DNA of 64,000 bases from a virus (lineage: Duplodnaviria; Caudoviricetes), in IMG/VR virus record IMGVR_UViG_3300029955_000001; one strand, written 5' to 3'. This document shows, one piece after another, positions 20,861 through 32,393 of this stretch. The notes beneath the pieces are model-generated. The model made no database searches and was not told where the DNA came from. It saw only the letters and a program-made list of their open reading frames with translations. Position 1 is the stretch's first letter. Every line of letters starts with the position of its first letter. A program made the position numbers and the translations under genes.

Positions 20861-21244
20861 ATGTTCACTCCGTTAGATATTGCTTTGTTTATTGTTATTG
20901 CTGTACTGGTTATCTACATTCTATTGCAACATGTGACGGCATTCAAGACCGCTGTTACTACTGTTCTAGCAGATGCAAAAACAGACATTGCTGTTTTGCA
21001 AAAAGATTTGGAAGCTGTTAAAACTTCTACTCTCAATGAGCTTACTAGTATCAAAGGTAAGTTGAGTTCTTCTGCGCCTCAAGCAGCACCGGTCGCTGCC
21101 CCGGTAGTGCCTGCTACACCGGTCCCTGTAGCTGCTCCAGTATCTGCTGGTGATACTGTAGCTCCTATCGCTCAAGCAGCTCCTGTGACCCCGCCTGCAC
21201 CTACTGCTGTCGTTCCTGCTGCAGTTGTACCGGCTGCGCAATAA
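20861..21244 (+). CDS. Membrane-anchored coiled-coil protein with a Pro/Ala tail
   Basis: N-terminal hydrophobic helix, heptad-like middle region, PVAAP-rich C terminus. Confidence 0.55.
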   Translation: MFTPLDIALFIVIAVLVIYILLQHVTAFKTAVTTVLADAKTDIAVLQKDLEAVKTSTLNELTSIKGKLSSSAPQAAPVAAPVVPATPVPVAAPVSAGDTVAPIAQAAPVTPPAPTAVVPAAVVPAAQ

Positions 21245-24200
21245 AGTGTAAGAACTACAAATGCCAAATGGGATAAAACCTGTTTGGCATTTATGCCGTT
21301 ATAATAAACAAAAAAAATAAGGCATAAAGCCAGAGGAGTTTTATCTCCTCTGGCAATACATCTCACCGATATCGCATTACTTCACGGTATCAAATCCAAC
21401 CCTGGTCAACGCAAGGTGGATGTCGTCCATGTCACTAGGAGTCATGTCTATTCCATTAAAAACCGTTGACAACTTAAGCTTCAGACTGTCTGGACATTCA
21501 GGAAGAGCAGCGAACGTGCACATAAACATGTACATCCATTCAAGTGACGCCAGATCAAATTCCTTTCCTTTGATCTTAGCAGACAATTTAATGGTTGACA
21601 CCTTACGCGCCGTATCCACTACCTTACCAATGCCTAACATTTCTTCCGCTTCACCAAGTGTCAGAGAAGCACCCTTTATCGATATGCAGATTTCAAGCAA
21701 AAGGCACGTCAACAACAGCTTCAGCTTCAGTTGCGCGCGGTGGCTGATTCGTATTACCAGATATAAACATTGGTGAAATGGGCATCACTTTACCATTGTC
21801 CACAACATTTGAAGCTATACCTGTTGACGGTGTTGGTACTATCACTGGTACTAAAGGAGACGATACCGGTACAACGTGGTTAACCGTGCGACGTGTCGTT
21901 TGTTTTGGCATTGGTGGATTACCCTTTAACGAATACATCAACACATGTTTACCATTTCTTCCTTTCTCACCAGGAACACGGGTTAGCCAACCTTTGCCAC
22001 CGTCGTATAATGCGGACATCGCTGACCTCACAGCATCTGCGCTAAGACCAACGTCAGCGGTTAGTATTCCGATCTCGTCAGCGCTCAATGGTGAAAGCGC
22101 TTTCAATATCTTCCAAACGGCCACGTTAGTGCAGTCGAACTTCGACAAAGGTAATTCGGCTTCGTTGGTGACGAATGACTCTGTCGCTGCGGTAATGAAC
22201 TTTGCATTGTGATCGTCAAATTCATTCACTGCGTCAACAGTAATGCTAGCAGGCATCAGGTCAAGATAGAGTGAAGATGGAATAGTGGTGGTTCCATCTT
22301 CACTCACCGTCATTGCTGATTTAATTCTATCGCGCATTAGCAAAATCGTTGACGGTGCTGGTGCTGGTTCAACAATTGCAACAGGAGGGTTATTTTCCTT
22401 ACCTGGTTTCGCCGGAACCTTCTTCGGCCAAGGGCTGTTCAACCCTAGTGAGCGTAAATCTAGGCTTAGCTGGAACGACAGACGATGACAATGAGTTCAT
22501 ACTTTCTCCATTTTCTTCAGTTGTGACAACACTACCTAGTAACAAACTACCCAGTGCAGAAAATTCTGTGACTTTCCTTTTCTTATGTAAAGACATTTCT
22601 ACTTCTCCTTTTTTATACACGGTATAAAAGCACACTCACTGACCCGCTACTCCTATACGGATCAGTAAATTACTCTTAAAATAAACCATCGACATAGTTG
22701 TGGTCACATTCGACCATGTATGAATGATGACAATCAGAACACAACATCCCGTTCCCACGATTAGGCATTGTCGGTGCATGACATTGAGGGCAGACAGGTG
22801 AATCTTTCTCATCCCCAGGAATTCTTGAATCCCCACGCTGATACATTTGTGGAAATCCATATTCATTGGCGTCCTCGTAAAATTCATATTCGCCACCAAA
22901 ACGCGCAGTTTCTCTTTCAGCATCCATTTCAGCATCGAGATCGGCACAATGAATGTCGTCCATACGTTTTTCTTCTGGGGTCACTGTGTCAGTCGAACCT
23001 ATGAGTTCTGCTTTTAGTTCAACATCTTCGTCTAGCGCGTAACGTATTTCGTCACGATTTAACTTACCCATCATTTCTCCTTTCGATAGTATCTGGAATA
23101 TAAGAAGTAATTGCAATAAAATTCAAAACAGGACGAAATAATCCTTTACCGTTATACTGCTCAATTCTTTCGACCTTATCGAGATCGTGTAGAACCAAAT
23201 AATTCTTTTGGTCTTGAACCACAATTGTTACAGTTTCATTTTTTTGCAGACTGTCAGAATAAGCTAAGTCCACAATCGCTTTCAGTTCCGTTAAAGTCAT
23301 TATATTTTCCTTTCATTAAAAACATTATCGAAACAGGGTGCGATATCCAGAATCAACAGGCAGTGAAAGATATGAGCTAGCGAGTTTACTATCTGGTTTA
23401 GCGTGAATTATATTTCTAACAAATCCACCAGCTTCTTTTAAAGACCAACTTGTCTCGCCACGAACAAATTTAACAGCCTCGTGGCATTGCATTTCTGAAG
23501 CAAGTTCCTTCAACGTCTGAATATCTTCGTCAGTCATAAAGCTACCCTCTCCTTAATAGTCTTCTGGTTTTGATGAAAGAAATGCTGTTTGTTCTTCAGA
23601 GCTACTAAGCGTAAGAGATTCTACGCCTGGTTTATTTTTGCTCTCAACAAATCATCGAGCGACGAAGCGATGCTGAGCTTCGTTAATTGCTTCGGCCCGC
23701 ATTGCTTCATCGCATATTTGTTTGTTCCTTTGATATTCTTCACGCTGCTGCGACGTCTCGATATTCCTGCATCTTAATATCTTCTTTAGCAAACTTATCC
23801 CGAAGTAGATCGCCAAGCGACATTGGTTTGGCATCAGACATCTCATCAATGACTTGTTTATCCCCTGGTAAAGGTTCTTCTGCGCCTTGTTCCTGTTCCA
23901 AGTCAAATGCATCGAGAATCTCTTCAGACATCGGAATATAATCTGCCATCCGATCAGCGTAACGCTGCGCTGCGCGTTGAGTCTTAAAAAGCCCATCACG
24001 CGAACACACAGGCATTACATTCCCTGGTGATTTTATCCCATACTGTTCCAGCCATGGAAAATAGAGGCCGTTCCGTTCCCCGTCAATTACTTGACTGCAA
24101 CCAAACATCCATGGATCTCCTGGTAAATCTGGAAACGGACGTGTAAGAATAACCAATCGAGACGGTTCTTTTACAAATACTTCACCATCACCGTTGATAT

Positions 24201-25239
24201 AAACTGGCACTTCCCAGAATATCTTTCCATTCTTGATATCCTTTATTTTTACTGCACCTGATTTTGATGACATTTTATTCCTCCCTATTAGAAAGTTTCG
24301 GAGTTGGAGTTTCCATTTCCAAAGCATCCTTATCTTTTTGACGACTTTCACGATGTTTCATCATTTCACCAAACGTCATCGACTCCTTTTTCTGTTCAGC
24401 ATAAAGTTCTTGAGTGCGGTAAAGCACCAGTTGAGGTTAATACCTGACCTGGGTATTTACATCCTGTCACTAACACATACTTCTTTGTCATGGTATTCTC
24501 CTATCTGATTAATCCGTGTTTTGTTAACCACTCAACAAACTCCGGGTGTTTAGTAATAAGGTCAATATTAGTTTTAATGCTCAAGCTTGCAAGACGTATA
24601 TCCCCACTGCTGATGAATGCGTATAGTTCATCCAAACACAATCGAACGTTTTTGTCTGTCTTTACGTCCTTTATCAGTTGAGAAAACTGCGTACCCTTTA
24701 TGGCATAAACACGCGCCAGTTTATTATGGTACTCTTTTCTCATTTCATCCGACGCAGTATAAAGATTAATATCGTCGTCAGTGTTATAGCCTGTATTGAG
24801 ATCAGATCCACAACCAAGAAGAACGTCTGCGCTATTAAGACTGTCTAACTCAATGACTGGTGAAGATAGACTATTAGCTCCACCTACCCAGACTTCTGAT
24901 GGTTCGCCTTTAACTGTAGTCTCAGGCCAATCTTTGAGTATTTCTTTCAGCTTAGTTATGGTTAAACAACCGCCGAACTCTGAAGTAGTTAAATGCATGT
25001 CATTTTCCTATGCGCGTAAACGTATATTACAATTTATCATCAGCGTTTGATAACCAGTGTTCGTAGCCGCCGAAACCAAAATGTTCCTGCGATAAAACTC
25101 CTGCACTATTACTTACTTTAAACTTGATTTTATTTTTCTCAAGTAAGTTTGCAATTTCTGAAACTGTAGGCCCGTCACAGGCGGTTTCGGCGACATTGTC
25201 TGTTCCTTTAAATCGAATGATGTACAGCATGTTGATCTC

Positions 25240-25638
25240 CTAATCGTCGTATTCGTAATTGTCGTATTTGCGGTAAGATTCAAGCTCTTCATCCGCACGT
25301 TGATTTTGTTTCTGGCGACACGCAGGGCACACATCGTAAACTGGACCGTCCGTTCCTTCATACAAGTCTCTAACCGGAGCGCAACTTACAGATTGTTTCT
25401 TGCACCAATCGCATGTTTTCGGAACAAGACGATAAGCTTCTTCTTCCGCTTTCATCTTGGCCAGACAAGACTGACAATAGTCGTTGTATTCCGCCGAGAA
25501 TGAATCTGTTTCACCCTGTATACGGGACACTGCTAGCTTTTCGCATTCGCAGTTATATCCATCACACATCGTTCCGACCGGCAACGGATGATGACTACCG
25601 GGCAAAGTTGATACAGGGCCTTTTGAACAATCACACAT
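25240..25638 (-). CDS. Cys-rich zinc-finger protein
   Basis: Several CxxC-type pairs: CQSC, CDWC, CPAC. Confidence 0.6.
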   Translation of the reverse strand: MCDCSKGPVSTLPGSHHPLPVGTMCDGYNCECEKLAVSRIQGETDSFSAEYNDYCQSCLAKMKAEEEAYRLVPKTCDWCKKQSVSCAPVRDLYEGTDGPVYDVCPACRQKQNQRADEELESYRKYDNYEYDD

Positions 25639-25754
25639 TGTATTCTCCTAAAGTTAAATAACAAAAATTTATTTAATACATTTCACATACGTTATATATG
25701 TCTGAAATATTCTACATTCAGGGCATATAGCTGGGAATGTACCCAGCTATATGT

Positions 25755-26951
25755 TTATCGATAATCTTTTACCGTTTCATAAAGAACATCTAATTCGTTT
25801 TCAAAATTCACCCATCTAGCTAAAGATGTTTTATAGATTGGTTGACGTACTTGTGAGAAACTACTAGTCTTTACAATTCGATCGTTATTATAAAATTCCA
25901 AACATTTTTTATCCCACGGCACACCAATATATTCTAATAAACGACGTGCTTCTTTTTCTGTATCAATCACTATGTTTTCGTAACTTACTTCATGTACAGT
26001 ACCGGGTGGTAATATAGATTCCCAATGTTTCATGTGTTTACGATAACGAACATAGAAACGACCTAACTCACCTTGATCGTAAGAAAAAGGTACATTGCGA
26101 TCTTTAAACAATCTCGTATAGCAAGAGAAGCATGAATCCATTGGATCTCTTGTAGCGTGAATAAATTTCGCATTTGGAAACATCAAATACATAATGCCTA
26201 AATAGAAACTATTAGCTGGCATTTTATCGACAAGGTATTTTGTATTTGGAGCTACTTCCCACGCTTCGTTAATATAGTTTTCACCGATTAATCTAAATGT
26301 CTCTGGAGTGAAATCTAATACACTTTGTGGAAAGTATTTTGCAAATGATTTTTCTGGTAATTGATCAATTATTGTTTTACTCACAAGCGCTAATTCACCT
26401 GCTCCATGAATGCTTGGAACAGTATCTAAAATTTGTTCAATTAACGTAGTACCTGAACGTGGCATTCCCATAATAAAAATTGGTACTCGCTCTTCATTAC
26501 TTATTGGTCTACTACGTTTACTCATCCATTCTTTAGTGAATCCTTTTATTGTTCTTTTCAACAATAAATCTTCTGAGAAATCACTCCAGTTAACTTTTGT
26601 ACGCGTTATGTTATTGCCGTTTGTATACGCTTCAAATGCGCCTGTGTAATTACCTGTGTCTTCTCGCATCTTACCAAGTGTAAACCAAAATTTTTCATGC
26701 AGTGGTGCTGGTAAACCGGATATCTTTGATACTCGATCTTCCAACATCTGTACATGCGGATCATCTTTTTTATAAGAACGAAGTAATGAGATGCCGTAGT
26801 GCGCTTGAACGAAACCAGGTTCTCTAGCTACGACATCGCTGTATGCAGAAATAGCCTCATCTAATTTTCCTTGATCTAATAACATATTACCGTAGTTAAA
26901 TAGATCGTCAAGTGTTTCCCCAACAAACGATGGGCACGCAACATCACTCAT
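25755..26951 (-). CDS. TPR-containing PAPS-dependent sulfotransferase
   Basis: N-terminal TPRs, 5'-PSB loop IFIMGMPRSGTTLIEQIL, VDKMP, and 3'-PB motif RDPMDSCFS. Confidence 0.92.
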   Translation of the reverse strand: MSDVACPSFVGETLDDLFNYGNMLLDQGKLDEAISAYSDVVAREPGFVQAHYGISLLRSYKKDDPHVQMLEDRVSKISGLPAPLHEKFWFTLGKMREDTGNYTGAFEAYTNGNNITRTKVNWSDFSEDLLLKRTIKGFTKEWMSKRSRPISNEERVPIFIMGMPRSGTTLIEQILDTVPSIHGAGELALVSKTIIDQLPEKSFAKYFPQSVLDFTPETFRLIGENYINEAWEVAPNTKYLVDKMPANSFYLGIMYLMFPNAKFIHATRDPMDSCFSCYTRLFKDRNVPFSYDQGELGRFYVRYRKHMKHWESILPPGTVHEVSYENIVIDTEKEARRLLEYIGVPWDKKCLEFYNNDRIVKTSSFSQVRQPIYKTSLARWVNFENELDVLYETVKDYR

Positions 26952-27021
26952 TTAATTTCCTTAAAAAAAAAAATAACTGTTAGCTTACGAAAAAAAAATG
27001 TAAGCTAACATAAAACTATTA

Positions 27022-27696
27022 TTAACTAGCGGCAACAGGAGCCTGCGGTGTAAAAGTACTCTGCATATTTAATTCTGGAACACCAATCAATTTGCCATCC
27101 TGATCAAGATGATGCACGATAGCACCAGTATGGTGAATTACAACAATGGCTTTTGGACCAAAACCTGGGCCAAACATAACTGGTTGTTTTAGAGTGCCGT
27201 TTGAGTCCATTCCAGCAAACACATTCAGTGGTAACGTACCCGCAGCCCAACCACTTAACACATTAAGTGTGTCGATTGCATTAGCTGTAATAAAATAACG
27301 AAGATCTTTTTTGACTTCGTTTTTATTTTTATTATCAGTAGGTGGATTTAAAATATCTTTTAGTTTATTCTCATCATCTTGAATAACGATCGACATTTCC
27401 GTAAAAGGAATGACGTTATGTCGAGCAGCGACTGGTGTTGGAGCCGGAGCAATGGCTGATACAATTTGAGATGGGACTGGCGTGTCTAGAACTGCCACAG
27501 GAGCTTCTACAATAGGAGTCACTGGTGTTGTATCAACTGTATCTTGCGTGGCTGTAGACACGTTTCCTTCATTAGTATCAACAACTGTTCCTACTGCCGG
27601 GTCGGTTGTATTTGTTGTAGACACTTCAGGCAGAACTGGGTTATCTGCTGCTGTAGTAGTTTGACCAGACGGGAAAACTGTATTAGTAATAGACAT
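27022..27696 (-). CDS. Protein with a Thr/Pro/Val-rich N-terminal region
   Basis: 224-aa ORF with a low-complexity first ~90 aa; directly upstream of the sulfotransferase. Confidence 0.6.
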   Translation of the reverse strand: MSITNTVFPSGQTTTAADNPVLPEVSTTNTTDPAVGTVVDTNEGNVSTATQDTVDTTPVTPIVEAPVAVLDTPVPSQIVSAIAPAPTPVAARHNVIPFTEMSIVIQDDENKLKDILNPPTDNKNKNEVKKDLRYFITANAIDTLNVLSGWAAGTLPLNVFAGMDSNGTLKQPVMFGPGFGPKAIVVIHHTGAIVHHLDQDGKLIGVPELNMQSTFTPQAPVAAS

Positions 27697-28741
27697 TTCT
27701 TTTTCCTTTATATTGAATAATTTACACGGTTAAATTTTAGTGAGTTACTTCATAAACAAAGTTAACCGTGTAAATTTTATTTCATTTCGATAATTTCTAA
27801 CACAGTAGTGATTGCTTTCCAGCGATGATTGGCAAAGTTCCAAATAGCTGAACCTTTTTTTAAATCTTTATTTTCGACATCGGATTTAGCTGTCTTAACG
27901 AAAGCACGGATAGCTTGTTCGACGGCGATTACTTCATCATTACTTAATTTTTTACCATTAACAACTATTGTCGTCATTCGCTGTTTCCTCTTATTTTGTT
28001 TCTGATTTCAGAGCAGGATTATTTACAAACTCATAAAAACAATTACGAAGGCCGTTTGTTATTAGTTTAATACTACTAATTTTATCTTCGGCTTCTTCTG
28101 TTATATCTCGTATTTGTTTATTAGAAATCTCTTCTACTTCAATAATGAATTTTTCTGCTCTATCAGAAGAACATGGTAAATCTAACTGATCGTTATAAAT
28201 AGCTTCGATTCTTATTAGATTACCAACTAAATAAATACAAGTTACAGCAGGACGAAGCTTGTCTTCATGCTCAAAAGGTTTACCATTTGCATATACAACA
28301 GTGCCGTTTGGACAAATAAAAAAGCCTTTTGGAAAATTCATTGTTTTTTATCCCCAGAATAAACAGAACCATTAATTACCCACTGGGTCCGTTTTACTGG
28401 AAGCGGGATATGAAGAAGATGATTTATATACACACGCCCTCGTTCTGTTATTTCATATCTTGGTCTGTCTTGACCTATCGCGGCTTGAGAATAATCTTTA
28501 GGTTGTAGTAAGTTTGCTTTATGAACAAACTTACTTATAATGGATTCTTCTTGGCTGTCATTAAATAACGCGGGTGGGTAATCTGTTGTATCGTTATAAT
28601 AACGCAACAGAATAGTAATCTCGATTGAATTCAATATTCCATCTAGTGGTTTATCTGAACTAGTAGGCATAATTTTCCTTTGTTATTTAGAGGGCATTTC
28701 CCGTTCATGAATGGAGAGAATTTTCATTCTCTCCACTATCA

Positions 28742-30286
28742 TTATAAAACATTACTTATAAATACACTTTTATACGTCAATGCTCTATCTTCCAATAATA
28801 CGCGTTTACGTTCATGATACTCTATATGTTTAGCTATGTCTTCACAAACAAAATAAGCAAATGTTGGAGTTCGACCATCTTTCAATTCTCTTAAACGACC
28901 AAACCCTTGTATATTAGCTTGACTACTAGTTACAGCTGTTGTCAATATAACAGTTGTCAATTGATCTATATCGACAGCAGTCCCAGCAGATTCTAATGTG
29001 GTGACTGAAATATCTGCCTGAAGAAGGTTTTCAAATACGTCTTCTTCTACATATCGTCTAATGTCTAAATGTTTATATTTATCCTTAAGAAAATTAGTTA
29101 ATAAGGTACACATGTCTATAGATTTACAGTAGACGATAGCCTTATCGCCTTTCTTATAATTCTGTTTATACGTGCCTTCTAATGTTTGATATACTAATTC
29201 AAAATAATGTTTTGTTAAATCAAAATTCTTTAGAATACTTTGCTCAAACTGATGATGGGTATAGCTATGTGAATTGTATTCCTTTGTTCTTATTTTATCC
29301 GGATTCTTCACTTTGTAAATAACTGCCATACTAGCAATATATTTTTTATATGCCGGGCCTCTACAACGATACGCTGCGGGATAAGCAATTTCGTACATGT
29401 TATTCAAAAACGCATCGTCTGACACTAGCGTGGCTGATAACGATATAGAATGCGGCACATTGGTATAAAGGTCTATCTTAAAATTCAAATGAAAATCTTG
29501 ATGTACTTCGTCAATTAAACGAATACCTACACCTAAGTGCTGGCAATAATTTTCAGGGAGACAAGCATACCCCATATCGAGAGTTTCTTCTCTGAATTTT
29601 TCATACAACTTAATCCAATTCTGAAACGTCTTATTACTAATGATAATAACCTTTGTTTCAAGTTCACCAGTTTCAGCTTCTAATAATAATTCTTGTAGTT
29701 GATCTGAACCTCTAATTACTAATATATCTTCAAATGCGATATCGTAGGTTCTTCGCATATCTAGAACCCATTTTTCAATATACATTGGCTTTACTATAAT
29801 GCAAGTACGTTCGCCAAGTATTTGCATCGCTCTCATTGAACAGAACGATTTACCTAATCCTGTAGCTAAATTTACAAATTTTAAAACAGGAGGATTATGG
29901 CTTACCAAATATTCAATTACTGGGATTTGATAATCCCTATCTTTCCATTCAGACTTAACATCAAACGTCACTTTTATAGGAACAGGTACAGGCTTTTGTA
30001 CCTCTGCAACTAAATCCCCAGTAAGATAATGATATTCTAAATGGCGTTTAAATTCTTCTAGTTGATTAATGTGAAAACGAAATTCACATCTATCCGCTGT
30101 AGACGCGGCAAACACTTTTAACGCGACACGTGAAAATGGACTGTTGTATGATGTTTTAACAATCCCGTATAAAACATATTTTCTTGCAAACGTTTCTATT
30201 GCTGCTCTAGCACGAGGGGTAATGTTAGTCACGACAAAATTATGACTAGACATTACAATTGTTAATTCAGCCATACTGTAATCCAT
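28742..30286 (-). CDS. SF2 DExH helicase (phiKZ gp75-like)
   Basis: ATGLGKS, DEVH, SAT, QGFGRLR. Confidence 0.92.
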   Translation of the reverse strand: MDYSMAELTIVMSSHNFVVTNITPRARAAIETFARKYVLYGIVKTSYNSPFSRVALKVFAASTADRCEFRFHINQLEEFKRHLEYHYLTGDLVAEVQKPVPVPIKVTFDVKSEWKDRDYQIPVIEYLVSHNPPVLKFVNLATGLGKSFCSMRAMQILGERTCIIVKPMYIEKWVLDMRRTYDIAFEDILVIRGSDQLQELLLEAETGELETKVIIISNKTFQNWIKLYEKFREETLDMGYACLPENYCQHLGVGIRLIDEVHQDFHLNFKIDLYTNVPHSISLSATLVSDDAFLNNMYEIAYPAAYRCRGPAYKKYIASMAVIYKVKNPDKIRTKEYNSHSYTHHQFEQSILKNFDLTKHYFELVYQTLEGTYKQNYKKGDKAIVYCKSIDMCTLLTNFLKDKYKHLDIRRYVEEDVFENLLQADISVTTLESAGTAVDIDQLTTVILTTAVTSSQANIQGFGRLRELKDGRTPTFAYFVCEDIAKHIEYHERKRVLLEDRALTYKSVFISNVL

Positions 30287-30338
30287 TTAATTAAGATGGT
30301 CAGGTAGGCCAATCCTACCTGACCATTATCGTTACTTA

Positions 30339-32363
30339 CTAGCTTATGTCTCCTAATACTTCATATGGTAATAACAATGCGTCAAAAATGTGATTTGGTC
30401 TATTTGTATTAATAAAACTCATCGGTTTAATAAGCACGTCCCGATGTCCTTCATAGGCCATTGCTGTTGATAGACTGCGCTGTTGCATCGACATCTTAGT
30501 TACTCCAAGCGCTGATCTTGTCCAAGGCTTTGGTAAACTATAATCATTATTATCAGCAGAAACAATCATAATCCCGTACAACACTACTTCAAGTACTGCT
30601 AGATTAACTACCAGTTTTTCATTAACTAAATCGTACAATTCTTGAAGTACATATGCCGGTGATACATTCTTATCTCGTTCCTGCATTTTATCAACAGAAG
30701 ATTCCAACATAGCAGCTATGGCGCCACTATGGTCAGACATGTTGATATGTTTTAATGGCAGTGTTAAAAACGGTTTAGTCCAATCCCAATTTGACATATC
30801 AAAATAGTAATCACCACCAGCATCGATTGTCCATCGGTTTTCTCGTATTAGTTTAAGCATATCTAAAGTCATGCTAGCTAAACGTCTACCTACTGAAACG
30901 TCAATTCCAATTGGATCGGCATCATCTATTTTAATACTAATTTTAGATAACTCAGATACTCGACCGATGTTCAAGTCATCAATATTTTTTATTTCTATTA
31001 CATCTGTTAAGTTCTTGGCGTCGTCTTCTAAGATTATGAATTGTACTTTCTTTCCTTTTAGATTATCCGCTAGCCAATATGAATTTTCATCAGAAGGATC
31101 AATTCTTAAATATTTACGATGTTCACTTTCTAGAATAATCCCTTCTACAGCAGAGCTACCGTCAAGATGCTTTAACGATAGTACGTTCTGCGATGATTTT
31201 GAAGCAAGGGCAGTGCAACATACTTGACCTATGTTAGTGTCTTTCGGAACAGATAACGACAGTTGACCAAAACAAACACTGCAAATACCATACGGATCAG
31301 GATGTCTACAATGTATAACTGATCGAAGTTTTAATGTTCTCCCAATTAATTCATGACTGTCTGCATGAATGGTCTTTAATACACCGTCGTCATCCATGTA
31401 GTTTTTTCCAATCAGCTGCTTCAAATCTCCTTGGCGAACAGAGCCTTTTCTATTTTCTGTTTTTCTTACATTCCAATATACATATTCAGTTGACCCGCAA
31501 TCACCAGTGTGTAAATTACAAACGATCTGCGACATCAGTTGCAGACGTCTAGAAAAGTACTCGGCTTGTTGTAATGGAGTTTTACTAAATGACAGACTCT
31601 TTGCAGCTGACCGAGATTCAATTAAAGAATCATGCAACAAACGTATTCCTTGTGCAAATCCACGAACAATTGGGTGCCTAAATACATTTGAATCAACATC
31701 GGTCAAAACACCTCTAGCACTAACGCATTGTTGCACTTGTCCCATGCTTACTAAATTAGACCTAGATGCTTTTGATATAGCGTTATTAGGTAATTCTTTA
31801 CCGCTCATCAAAACACTCTTTACAATTTTGTGCGTGTCTTCTATATCCTTCTGTCCTGGATTTGGGAGTTCTTGAAGTCTGGTATTAGCTTCGCGGATTG
31901 TTGGGTTATTTAATACCTCGATGAAGTCTGTTATATCTAGCGATACGACATATTCTTCTAAACGATAGGATAAATCGTTATACATCGCATTCGTATAACG
32001 ATAAATGCGTTCGCATAACTTATCCCTAAAATCATACTCAAATTCAATATTTGATTTATCCTCAGGATGTGTTTCGAAATGGTTATCATACACGGACCAC
32101 ATTGCATTGCCGAGTAACTCTAAATGAGTATCAGAACCAAGGCGCTTACTATCACCCAATATATTGGTAAGATGGTGTTTTGGCAATAAAGGCGTATCTT
32201 GAAATTCTCGATGAAAATCCCATGAATATGAACTATAGAGCGTTGCCCTATCATTCGTGCTAACGATTTCTCCGTTATCGAATACAAGATCAAAAGACCC
32301 TGTTAATATATCCCATAACTCTTTAGTTGTATATTTAAGTAACGTTCTTGCTAATATTTTCAT
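30339..32363 (-). CDS. Non-virion RNAP beta-prime C-terminal subunit (gp74-like)
   Basis: ESRSAAKSL and the zinc site DCGS...LRSVIHC...CSVCFG; adjacent to the beta subunit gene. Confidence 0.88.
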   Translation of the reverse strand: MKILARTLLKYTTKELWDILTGSFDLVFDNGEIVSTNDRATLYSSYSWDFHREFQDTPLLPKHHLTNILGDSKRLGSDTHLELLGNAMWSVYDNHFETHPEDKSNIEFEYDFRDKLCERIYRYTNAMYNDLSYRLEEYVVSLDITDFIEVLNNPTIREANTRLQELPNPGQKDIEDTHKIVKSVLMSGKELPNNAISKASRSNLVSMGQVQQCVSARGVLTDVDSNVFRHPIVRGFAQGIRLLHDSLIESRSAAKSLSFSKTPLQQAEYFSRRLQLMSQIVCNLHTGDCGSTEYVYWNVRKTENRKGSVRQGDLKQLIGKNYMDDDGVLKTIHADSHELIGRTLKLRSVIHCRHPDPYGICSVCFGQLSLSVPKDTNIGQVCCTALASKSSQNVLSLKHLDGSSAVEGIILESEHRKYLRIDPSDENSYWLADNLKGKKVQFIILEDDAKNLTDVIEIKNIDDLNIGRVSELSKISIKIDDADPIGIDVSVGRRLASMTLDMLKLIRENRWTIDAGGDYYFDMSNWDWTKPFLTLPLKHINMSDHSGAIAAMLESSVDKMQERDKNVSPAYVLQELYDLVNEKLVVNLAVLEVVLYGIMIVSADNNDYSLPKPWTRSALGVTKMSMQQRSLSTAMAYEGHRDVLIKPMSFINTNRPNHIFDALLLPYEVLGDIS

Positions 32364-32393
32364 TAGTATTCCTTTTTAGTATACGTAAATTAC

